From: a virus
IMG/VR virus record: IMGVR_UViG_3300045988_171089
DNA: 64,000 nucleotides
Direction: 5' to 3' (one strand)
The stretch's first letter is position 1; each line of letters opens with the position of its first letter. Positions 56,452 through 64,000 of this stretch are shown piece by piece. Position numbers and translations under genes: made by a program. The notes beneath the pieces were generated by a model. It made no database searches and was not told where the DNA came from. It saw only the letters and a program-made list of their open reading frames with translations.

Positions 56452-56675
56452 GGTCGGTAACCTTTCGGTAGATAGATAGTGGATTCATTGCTAGGGGCTT
56501 TCCCCCTTGCTATACTTCTATTATGACACACCCATAACCCCTATGCAAGTTAAAAACGTGTGAATTAGGTCACATAGGGGTTATGGGGCGTGTTCTACTA
56601 TCTTCTACCTACAGGCCTTAGTGTCTCTAGGGGTCTATCAATCTATCGAGCGGTTCGCAGTCTAGGTAAGACTCC

Positions 56676-57092
56676 CTAGTAGACGGCAACCTCAATCTTC
56701 CTGATAATCATTTGCGCTGACTCTTCAGATTCACCGCCCTGCACTTGGTAGGAAGTAATATAGGCATCTGCAACCCCAAAGCCAGCCAATAGGTACATTA
56801 CCCGCCAATTTTCCACCTCCAAGGTTCCACGGATGAGGGTGCCATCTTCACGCCTGAAGTAAACTTCAAGGCTCGGGGTAAGCTCACATTCCATATCCGA
56901 GTCATACGCTTGCACTAAGGCGATAGGGTAGACACTCTTCCTTACTTCTTCTACCGTGATGTATCCGTCTAGGCTGGCGGGTGGCTGTTCCAAGGAAAGA
57001 TACTCTACGACTTCCTTACGCTTATCGGGGGCGACACTAAGGGTTAGGTGCGCCTTAATTTCTTCATCTAATTCAATGATGGTGGCTGACAT
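56676..57092 (-). CDS. hypothetical protein (138 aa); last gene before the compositional island
   Basis: ORF track. Confidence 0.5.
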   Translation of the reverse strand: MSATIIELDEEIKAHLTLSVAPDKRKEVVEYLSLEQPPASLDGYITVEEVRKSVYPIALVQAYDSDMECELTPSLEVYFRREDGTLIRGTLEVENWRVMYLLAGFGVADAYITSYQVQGGESEESAQMIIRKIEVAVY

Positions 57093-57121
57093 GTTGATTC
57101 TTTCTAGGGGTCATGTATTGC

Positions 57122-57141
57122 GGGGGGGGCACTCCCCCCCC
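57122..57141. other. G8-CACT-C8 perfect hairpin / homopolymer pair
   Basis: gggggggg cact cccccccc directly upstream of gene 56676..57092. Confidence 0.5.
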
Positions 57142-57299
57142 TGTTCGCTCCAAAGAGGTGGGGGCCTTATGGGTCTTACGGTGCGACTGAGATGGTATAG
57201 TTCTGGTACATTGCCGCAAGGCGCTCGCAAACCACCCAAAAACAACCCCTACAGGTTGATTATAGACCCCAAAAATGAAGAAAATGCACCCCAGTGCAT

Positions 57300-58440
57300 A
57301 ACGCACTGACAAGGGAAAAGGCTACTTTCCACACAGGGCCAGATACCCAAAAAACCACCCAAAACCATTATACCAAAAAACAACCCCAAAAACAGGCAAA
57401 AACCACCCCCAAAAACCCAAAAAAAACACCCAAAACAGACCACACCCCACCAACAACACCCCCAAAACACCCACCACAAAAACACAAAACCCCCCGACAA
57501 GGCAAAAGACACAAAAACATACACACAGACACAACACCAAAAAACAAAAAAGAACAACAGAACACCAGGGCACCTAACCACCCGGCACCCACCACACTAC
57601 CCCGCCCTACCTTACCCTACCGCCCTCCTTTAACCTCCTCTACCCCTCCACCCTTTCTAGCCCTTACCCCTACCTTACCCTTTATTACCCTGCCCCCTGT
57701 CTAGCCTTCCTTTACCCTTGTTCCCTTACTGTGTGTGTCTGTGTGTTCTCTCTATGTATGTGTTCTGTCTAGCTGTTCTTTTGTTCTGTATGTGTGTTCT
57801 CTTTCTGTCTAGCTTTTGTGTTGTTCTGTCTAGCCTGTTGTTCCCCCCTGTGTGTGTTCGTCTGTTATGTATCTGTGTCTATTGGGTCTGTGTTCTGTGT
57901 CTGCTGTGTGTCTGCTTATTGTGCCCCCTTGTGTGTTCTCTTATGTGTGTCTACTGTATGTGTCTTATATATGTGTGGCGTGTATCTGTTATTGGTCTGT
58001 GTGTCTGTGCTTGTGTCTTGCTTACTGTGTCTGTGTGTACTGTGTACTGTGTACTGTGTATCTGTGTCTCTTATATGTATGTGTGTGTTATTCCTGTGTG
58101 TACTGTGTCTGTGTTCTATGTGTGTTATGTATCCTCTCTATTCTGTATGTGTATCTGTGTGTCTGTGTTCCTTATTTCTTGTGTATGTTCTCTGTTCTTG
58201 TTCTGTGTTTGTGTTGTTGGTTACCCTGTTGGTGTGGCGTTTATCATGGTGGTGTGATGGGCGCTTGTTTTTTGGGTTTGGTGGTTTTGGTTTTTTGGGG
58301 GGTGTGGCGTGTGTGGAATTTTTTTATTTTTTTATTCACGGTTCCTGGTGGGTGGTCGTCTTTTGCTAGGTTTTTGTTATCGCACATTTTTTTGCGGGCT
58401 CCCCTGGGGTTTGTGTCGCGCCCGAAATTTTTTTAAAGAT
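57300..58440. repeat. extreme low-complexity, strand-asymmetric non-coding island: top strand A/C-only (57300-57590), C/T-only (57590-57720), then G/T-only with TG/TCTG microrepeats (57720-58440)
   Basis: Near-total absence of G/T then of A/C on the top strand; all six frames open (no stop codons possible), so ORF-track entries here are compositional artefacts. Confidence 0.7.
58395..58435 (+). terminator. plus-strand intrinsic terminator candidate (hairpin CGGGC...GCCCG + TTTTTTT)
   Basis: gcgggctcccctggggtttgtgtcgcgcccg followed by aaattttttt. Confidence 0.4.
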
Positions 58441-58846
58441 ATAACACACTCATACTGTGGTTATGTGATACTTGTGATGAGCTTATATATGCCTCTGTTG
58501 GCGTACTTATACCACACCCTGCATTGTTCTGATATTGCACCCGTTTATACTTGTGCCCGTGTCTGCCTTTGCCTGTGTTCGTATCTGCTTGCGTCTATGT
58601 CACCCCCGTGTTTCATTCCATGTTGCCCCGGTATTGTGTCTACTCTTATACCTTGTCTTGTGTCTACTTGTGCTTGTAGTATGTTTTAGTATGCCGTGGG
58701 TTACACCCTGTGTTGTGTGCCTACCTCTAGTGTTTAGTGGGTGTGCCGTATAGGGTGTGTTACTTGTTGTGGTGTGTTTCACTTGCTGGTTTTATACCCC
58801 TTTTTTCTTATGTCTGTTTGTTCTTTTGGAAGGATTGTGTTTACTG

Positions 58847-60430
58847 ATGTCTACCCGCCTTATTGATGCTGATACCCCTAGTGTTGGTGGTTCTGTTATT
58901 GAGTCTACTGGTGTTGGTGCTGATGCTACTTTTGTTAATGCTTGGTGCCCTGGTAGTGTTGCTTCTGCCCCTGATGGTGTTCTTTCTGGCGGTGGTGTTC
59001 TTTACACCCCTTCTACCCCTGCTGGGTCTGGTGATGGTGTTTCTGGGGGTGTTCTTTCTGTGCCTGGTTTTGTTCAGGTGGGGTGGGGTTCTTCTGGGTG
59101 GGGTGTGTCTTCTAGTGGTAGTATTTTGTCTCATGTGGAGGAGGCTTGGGGGTATGGTTACTCGTTTGTACCCCCTGTAGACCCTGTAGAGTCTTCTGTG
59201 GGGTCTTTTATGTCTGGGGTGGGTGATTGTGCCTCTGGTGTGTTTGAGCGCCACCGTGAGCCGTCTGTGGGTTCTGGGTCTGTTTTGGGTGTTGAGGTGC
59301 CTGTTTCTAGTGTTTGGGATGGGTTTTTGGTGTCTGTTGGTGGTGTGTCTTCGGGTGGTGGTGTTGTGTCTACTAGTGGTGGTGTGCCTTTGTCTTTTGT
59401 GGAGGGGGCTTCGGGTGTTTTGGGTTGTGTTTCTGGTGGTGGTTTGTCTGTTGTTGGTGGTGTTGGTGTGCCTTTGTGGGAGGGTTTTGTTGCTGATTTT
59501 TCGGGTTTGAGTGTTACGTCTGCTGGGTTTGGTGCGTTGCCTTTTGGTGGTGGTTCCACTTCTGGTGGGTCTGCTAGTGGTGATGCTTTGGTGGGTTGTT
59601 TTCCTTTGAGTGTTGATGTGTGCCCTAGTGTTGGGGCTGGTGTTGTTGGTGTTTCTGGTGGTTCTGTGGGTGTGTCTTTGGCGGGTGTTCCTGTGGTGTA
59701 TGGTGTGTCTGGTTTTGGTGGTTTTTCTGTGTCGTGGGGTTTGTCTTCGGCTTCTTTGGGTGTTTTGTCTGTTGGTGGTGGGGGTTCTGGTTGGCGTGGT
59801 GTTTTGGGTGTTTCGGGTTTGGGTGCTGGTGGTTTTGTGCCTGGTGTTGTTGGTGTTTCTGGTGGTGTTGGGGTTGGTTCTGAGGTTGTTGTTGATGGTG
59901 TGACTCATAGGGGTTTGGTGTTTGGTTCGCGTTTGGCTCCTGGGGGTTTTGTTGATGTGGCGGGTTCTGTTGGGGTTGGTGCGTCCGGGTCTGTTGATGG
60001 TGTTGCATTGGTTGATGTGTCTGATGTTGAGTTTGGTTCTGTTGGTGGTTTGGGTGGTGTTTCGCCTGTTGGTGGTAGGGTTGCTGGTTTGGGCCGTTTC
60101 GCCGGTTGGTGGCTTGTTCGTAATTGGGTTGGGTCTGTTGTTGGTGGTGTGGGTCGTGCCGCTTGGGGTGATGTTGTAGGGTCTGTTGGTGTGGGTTCTG
60201 TGCCTGGTTCTACTGGTTTGGGTTTGGGGTTTGTTGCTGGTAGTGAGGGTTATGGTTCGCCGGTTGGTGTTGTGAATGGTGGTGGTGGTTCTGCTGGCTT
60301 GTTTGGTGGGTCTGTTGGGGTTGGTGCCGGGTTTGTTGGTGGTGTTGTTGATGTTCCGGTTGGTTCGCCAGTGGTGGGTTTGGGTGTTGATTTGGTGGAT
60401 GTTGCCGGGTTTGTGTCTGACCTATTGTAG
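58847..60430 (+). CDS. Gly/Val/Ser-rich low-complexity protein (528 aa) on the opposite strand to all other genes; codons almost exclusively NNT/NNG
   Basis: ATG 58847 preceded by SD GGAAGGA; strong 3-nt periodicity with T at third positions (ggt gtt tct gct gat ...); terminator hairpin 60486-60530 directly downstream; ORF track extends upstream to a GTG at 58757. Confidence 0.5.
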   Translation: MSTRLIDADTPSVGGSVIESTGVGADATFVNAWCPGSVASAPDGVLSGGGVLYTPSTPAGSGDGVSGGVLSVPGFVQVGWGSSGWGVSSSGSILSHVEEAWGYGYSFVPPVDPVESSVGSFMSGVGDCASGVFERHREPSVGSGSVLGVEVPVSSVWDGFLVSVGGVSSGGGVVSTSGGVPLSFVEGASGVLGCVSGGGLSVVGGVGVPLWEGFVADFSGLSVTSAGFGALPFGGGSTSGGSASGDALVGCFPLSVDVCPSVGAGVVGVSGGSVGVSLAGVPVVYGVSGFGGFSVSWGLSSASLGVLSVGGGGSGWRGVLGVSGLGAGGFVPGVVGVSGGVGVGSEVVVDGVTHRGLVFGSRLAPGGFVDVAGSVGVGASGSVDGVALVDVSDVEFGSVGGLGGVSPVGGRVAGLGRFAGWWLVRNWVGSVVGGVGRAAWGDVVGSVGVGSVPGSTGLGLGFVAGSEGYGSPVGVVNGGGGSAGLFGGSVGVGAGFVGGVVDVPVGSPVVGLGVDLVDVAGFVSDLL

Positions 60431-60485
60431 GGTTCGTGTCCGGTTTTGGGTTGGTGTTTTATTTGGTGTTTTGGGTGTTAGTAAA

Positions 60486-60530
60486 CCCCCGGTGCCTGTG
60501 TTGTTCAGGTTGCCGGGGGTTACTTTGTAC
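60486..60530. terminator. hairpin (CCCCCGGTGCC...GGTTGCCGGGGG) + T-rich tail; terminator for plus-strand gene and probably for minus-strand gene 60559..61152
   Basis: 36-nt core identical to the hairpin at 61269-61301. Confidence 0.5.
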
Positions 60531-60558
60531 CTAGAGGGGGTAATGGTTAGTGTATTGC

Positions 60559-61152
60559 CTAGTGTAAGGCGGTGCTGATGTCTAGGTATAGTAGTAGGTT
60601 GTTGATTTCTTCGTCTAGTTTTTCGGGGTATTCGTTGAGGTATTCCATGATGCTGTACCCGCCATGTTGTAGGCTTTGGCGTGTGAGGCGTATTGCTACT
60701 TCCCAGGGGTAGCAGTAGATTTTTCCGGGGCTGGGGTAGTCTAGGTGGGTTTTGATGATTTTCTGGATTGCGTGGTCGATAGTTCCGTCTTTGAACTGGA
60801 AGGCGGGGTAACCTTTGGGTTTATTGTGGTCGTCAAGTTTGAGGATGAGGTGGTCATTTACTAGCTGATTCAGCTCTTCTTTGGTGATGTTGAGGTATTT
60901 ACAGGTAGTGGTTGTATTGTAGAGTTTGCCTACGGTGTTGAGGATTTGTTCTTTAGGGGTTTGTTGGGGTTGGTGCTGGTATTCGAGGACGTATTTTGCA
61001 ACGGTGGCTTTTAGTTTGAAGGCTAGGTCGTTGCAGTTTTCTGTGGTGATATTGAGGTTGCCGTGGGTGGTTAGGCAGTCGATGTATTCGGTGATTTCTT
61101 TCTTTACGATTTCGGTGGGTGCGGGGTTGTTGTTTGCTTCCGCGTGGGTCAT
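60559..61152 (-). CDS. hypothetical protein (197 aa)
   Basis: ORF track. Confidence 0.5.
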   Translation of the reverse strand: MTHAEANNNPAPTEIVKKEITEYIDCLTTHGNLNITTENCNDLAFKLKATVAKYVLEYQHQPQQTPKEQILNTVGKLYNTTTTCKYLNITKEELNQLVNDHLILKLDDHNKPKGYPAFQFKDGTIDHAIQKIIKTHLDYPSPGKIYCYPWEVAIRLTRQSLQHGGYSIMEYLNEYPEKLDEEINNLLLYLDISTALH

Positions 61153-61268
61153 TAGGGTTCCTTTCAGGTAAGTTTAGGGGTGTCGGTGTGACACTTATAG
61201 GTGTAGATTACCACACTGGATAGGTGTGTACAACTTTCTTGTTCTTGGTGTGGCTGGGTGCCGTGAAT

Positions 61269-61311
61269 CCCCGGTGCCTGTGTTGTTCAGGTTGCCGGGG
61301 GTTTCTTTTTG
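61269..61311 (+). terminator. hairpin + TTTCTTTTT (plus-strand intrinsic terminator form); second copy of the repeated hairpin
   Basis: ccccggtgcctgtgttgttcaggttgccgggggtttcttttt. Confidence 0.45.
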
Positions 61312-61341
61312 CGTATGTGGCGTGGTGTTGATTGCGCCTGC

Positions 61342-61566
61342 TTATTTGCTGTTTTCGAGTGCCACAGAGACACTTTCGTATGGTGTGTTGGGGTGGTTTT
61401 CGTACTCGTATTCTGGGGGTTCTGACATTGCGATGTTGTTTACCCAAGCCCTCCAGTCGTATTCCTCTTCGTTGGTTTGCCAGCCTGGTTCCCCTGGGTA
61501 TTGTTCTGGTTCGTTGCCTATGGTATCGGTGGGCTCGTAGCTACAGTTGATGTGGTAGAAGCTCAT
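61342..61566 (-). CDS. small hypothetical acidic protein (74 aa)
   Basis: ORF track. Confidence 0.4.
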   Translation of the reverse strand: MSFYHINCSYEPTDTIGNEPEQYPGEPGWQTNEEEYDWRAWVNNIAMSEPPEYEYENHPNTPYESVSVALENSK

Positions 61567-61627
61567 GGTGGGTGTTCCTTTTCTGGGTGTGGGATACGTG
61601 GTTTCTGTGTTGAAAAGGTAGTATGAA

Positions 61628-61675
61628 GCCCCGGTAACCTGTGTTTTGTTTGGGTTGCCGGGGCTTATTGTATTT
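61628..61675. terminator. third copy of hairpin family (11-bp stem CCCCGGTAACC/GGTTGCCGGGG) with T-rich tail
   Basis: Variant of the 60486 and 61269 hairpins. Confidence 0.4.
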
Positions 61676-61678
61676 GGG

Positions 61679-62239
61679 TTACTTTCCCTGTTTGGGGTCG
61701 ATGAGGATTTCGATTCGGTTGCCCCAGTCAGTCCAGATGAGGTTTCCTACGGGGTAGGTCTTACTGTCTAGGTTAAGCCATTCTTTCATGGTTAGCCCTC
61801 CCCATCCACCCTCTAGGTAGGTTGTCATTGACGCACCTACAGGGTTTTTGCCTTCGGGGTCGTTGGTGAAGATTGCGTCAATTCCGATTTCACCAATGCC
61901 GTTTTCGATTTCGTCTTCATCACCGGAGTTTACCCATACGTTGAGGTGGGCGTACATCTTGTAGGGGGTGTTGTTCACCTTTTGGTGTTTGCTTGCATGG
62001 AACGCCATGAGGAGTGCTAGGTGCCTGGCGGCCTCGGAGTATGGTTCGGCTTTGACGAATTTTCGTTGGGGTTCGTCTAGGTTAAAGTGTCCGGGTAGAT
62101 TGACCCAGCCTGCTTTGTGGAGCTCGATGTCTCGCTTGATGATGTTGTTGAAGCTGGGGTTGTCGGTGGCATTTTCGTTGCCTCCCCAGAAAATGTAGCT
62201 GGCGAGGGTGTCTTCGTAGGTGATGGGTTTCTGTGCCAT
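61679..62239 (-). CDS. hypothetical protein, paralog of 63329..63892 (186 aa from ATG 62239)
   Basis: Both end ...I(E/T)ILIDPKQGK and share PYKMYAHL(N/D)VW; ORF track start 62722 adds a 160-aa His/Arg/Pro/Gln low-complexity artefact from the C/A-rich strand. Confidence 0.55.
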   Translation of the reverse strand: MAQKPITYEDTLASYIFWGGNENATDNPSFNNIIKRDIELHKAGWVNLPGHFNLDEPQRKFVKAEPYSEAARHLALLMAFHASKHQKVNNTPYKMYAHLNVWVNSGDEDEIENGIGEIGIDAIFTNDPEGKNPVGASMTTYLEGGWGGLTMKEWLNLDSKTYPVGNLIWTDWGNRIEILIDPKQGK

Positions 62240-62322
62240 TTTGTCTTTCTTTGTTGGGTGTTTTGGGGTACCGGTGTGGCACCTGTAGGTATAGGTTACC
62301 ACACCGGCTAGGGGTATGCAAA

Positions 62323-63219
62323 CTATTCGGTGTAGGGTATGGTGTAGTCTTCGGGGTCGGGTTCGTACCATTCGGATTGTTCGAGTTTTTTGATGACGTT
62401 GTTTAGCATTGTGGTGAGTTGTTTTTGTTGTTTGGGTGTTAGGTTTTTGCTGTTTGGGGTTTGGGGGTCGGTGCTGTTGGTGAGGTGTTTTAGCTCTTCT
62501 GCGTAGTCGATGGTGTAGTCGATGATGAGGTCGTAGGAGACTCCCCATGCGTAGCCGTCGCTGTAGTCGGTGCTGATTTGTTCCCAGTATGTGTCGGTTA
62601 GGTAGTCGGTGGTTAGGGTGGTTTCCCAGTCTTCGCCTTTGACGGCTTTTTGTTTTAGGGTGTTCCAGTGGGGGTGGTTGATGATGGTTTTTAGGGCTTT
62701 TGCCGCGTCGTGGGGTACACATTCTGTGTTGTTGTTGTTTAGGTAGAATGTGTGGATGGGGGTTAGGCTGTTGGTGTTCGTGTTGATTTCTTTTTGTAGT
62801 TGGGGTGTTAGGTGTACTCGTTTTTGGGTGGGGCTGGTTTGTGATTGTACTAGGGTTACGTCTGGGTTGATGGTTTCTATGGTCTTCCAGATGTTGATGT
62901 CTTCGTCGTTGTTTTTGGTGATGATGGTGTATTCGGGTTTGTTGGTGGTGGCTTTTATGGTGTTGTTGTTGTGGGAGTTGAGGTCGATGATTTGGGGTGT
63001 TCGGGTGTTGTGTACTGGTGTGGTGGTGGTTAGGGTTCCGTTGTGTAGGGTTGCGGTGATGGTTTGGGGTGCGGTTGCGCTGTTGGTGGTGTGCTTGCGT
63101 TCGGCGGTGATGGTGTCACCGTCAATGTGGGTTACTTTGTATAGACTTTTTTCGTTGTTGTTTTGCAGGATGAACGCTTCGCTTACGGTTAGGGTGTGGG
63201 GTGCTAGGGGGATTCGCAT
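62323..63219 (-). CDS. Thr/Asn-rich hypothetical protein (298 aa)
   Basis: ORF track; composition mirrors the local G/T enrichment of the top strand. Confidence 0.5.
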   Translation of the reverse strand: MRIPLAPHTLTVSEAFILQNNNEKSLYKVTHIDGDTITAERKHTTNSATAPQTITATLHNGTLTTTTPVHNTRTPQIIDLNSHNNNTIKATTNKPEYTIITKNNDEDINIWKTIETINPDVTLVQSQTSPTQKRVHLTPQLQKEINTNTNSLTPIHTFYLNNNNTECVPHDAAKALKTIINHPHWNTLKQKAVKGEDWETTLTTDYLTDTYWEQISTDYSDGYAWGVSYDLIIDYTIDYAEELKHLTNSTDPQTPNSKNLTPKQQKQLTTMLNNVIKKLEQSEWYEPDPEDYTIPYTE

Positions 63220-63328
63220 AGTGTTTTACTCTCCTTGGGTTTGGTGTTGGTGGTTTAGTGGTGGGTACTGTTTAGGGCACCCCCTACTTGTTAGTTTAAG
63301 GGGGTGCCCTTTGTTGGTTTACAGGGGG

Positions 63329-63892
63329 TTACTTGCCCTGTTTGGGGTCAATAAGAATTGTGATTTCCTTACCCCAGTCAGTCCAGATAGGGGTTCCGAT
63401 GGGGAAGGTTTTACCGTCCAACTTGACCCATTCTTCGGCGGTGAGTCCGGCGTAAGTGTCGTCCCATTCAAAGCCCAGGTAGGTAAACATTGCTACACCA
63501 ATCTTGCGCTTACCTTCAGGGTCACTAGTGAAGGTAACATCAACCCCAAGTTCACCAATACCATCCTCATCTTCGGAGTTCGCCCATACGTCAAGGTGGG
63601 CGTACATCTTGTAAGGGGTGCCAGTTTCCTTCTGATGCTTACTCGCAAGGAACTTGATAAGGTGTGCAAGGTGCTTACCGGTTTCGGTGCCCTGTTCAGC
63701 CTTCACGATTTCTCGTTGGGGTGCATCTAGTTCAAAGGTGCCAGGGATTGATACCCAACCTTCCTCGCGGAGCTCGTTCTCGCGCTCAGCAATGTTCTTG
63801 CCGGTCTGGTCTTCCTTATTAGGGTTGTCGGGTGAGGTGTAGAAGACGTAGTACTTGCTAATGTTTTCGTAGGACAGATGGTTCTTTGCCAT
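63329..63892 (-). CDS. hypothetical protein, paralog of 61679..62239 (187 aa)
   Basis: See 61679..62239. Confidence 0.55.
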   Translation of the reverse strand: MAKNHLSYENISKYYVFYTSPDNPNKEDQTGKNIAERENELREEGWVSIPGTFELDAPQREIVKAEQGTETGKHLAHLIKFLASKHQKETGTPYKMYAHLDVWANSEDEDGIGELGVDVTFTSDPEGKRKIGVAMFTYLGFEWDDTYAGLTAEEWVKLDGKTFPIGTPIWTDWGKEITILIDPKQGK

Positions 63893-64000
63893 GTTTTACT
63901 CCTTGATAGTGGATTTTTGCAGTCCCGTTCTTGGAACCTCTACACATAGAGTAACATACAAGGTATCCCGCGTGCAACAGCAAAGGGTACCCCCTACTAG

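Noticed and set aside
57249-58782. Numerous overlapping Cys/Val/Phe/Trp-rich ORFs on both strands (57249..57581, 57322..57573, 57368..57595, 57294..57704, 57718..58257, 57794..58369, 57852..58436, 58309..58689, 58535..58753, 58600..58782)
   Set aside because: The region is A/C-only or G/T-only, so stop codons cannot occur in any frame. The open frames are compositional artefacts with no start or SD context.
58841-60008. Minus-strand Thr/Asn/Pro/Gln/His-rich ORFs antisense to the plus-strand Gly/Val/Ser gene (58841..59908, 59158..59559, 59625..60008), and plus-strand sub-ORFs (58863..59180, 59223..59510, 59610..59903, 59922..60179, 60276..60578)
   Set aside because: They mirror the NNT codon bias of the plus-strand frame (ANN on the antisense). 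They have no SD. The plus-strand frame has an SD, periodicity consistent with third-position T, and a downstream plus-strand terminator.
61679-62722. N-terminal 160-aa extension of ORF 61679..62722 (His/Arg/Pro/Gln-rich)
   Set aside because: It is an artefact of the C/A-rich minus strand. The paralog 63329..63892 and the internal ATG at 62239 define the real 186-aa protein.
1-64000. CRISPR arrays or a phage integrase/attP core
   Set aside because: No regularly spaced direct repeats with unique spacers were seen. The iteron array has no spacers of uniform length, and the tRNA-linked repeats are about 200 bp and few. No tyrosine or serine recombinase-like ORF was recognised in this window.

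Overview
This window looks like part of a large tailed-phage genome with about 52-55% GC. Nearly all genes are on the minus strand. There are more than 70 short, densely packed genes, and many belong to paralog families. Most are preceded by a conserved sigma70-like promoter (TTGCAT-N17-CATAAT with an upstream TGT) and a shared 5' leader.

Recognisable proteins include:
- a Ro60/TROVE-vWA (Rsr-like) protein, next to a 1.1-kb non-coding stretch with paired hairpins and tRNA T-arm-like modules that may encode Y RNA(s);
- an ATP-dependent RNA ligase (KIDG motif);
- a PspA/IM30 homologue;
- an SPFH/flotillin protein;
- an intact TnpB (IS200/IS605 OrfB);
- three left-handed beta-helix repeat proteins;
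- several lipoproteins and membrane proteins.

A minus-strand tRNA array at about 20.3-23.4 kb holds roughly 16 tRNAs: Glu x2, Lys x2, Ala, Leu, Ile, Val, His, Thr, Asn, Arg x2, plus 2-3 non-canonical ones. Its promoters are identifiable, and a duplicated promoter-tRNA-Lys module sits at 8.9 kb.

The most unusual structure is a family of five structured repeats, each about 130-200 bp. Each lies immediately 3' of a tRNA and is followed by a displaced tRNA 3' fragment, which is an insertion or recombination signature. One copy instead abuts the 3' end of tnpB.

From about 57.3 to 60.5 kb there is an extreme keto/amino strand-composition island: the top strand is A/C-only, then C/T, then almost purely G/T. 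The polarity switches near 57.65 kb. The island includes the only plus-strand gene in the window, a 528-aa Gly/Val/Ser-rich protein built almost entirely from NNT codons.

Other features are an iteron-like array with an AT-rich tract at 7.2-7.7 kb, and a G8-CACT-C8 hairpin.
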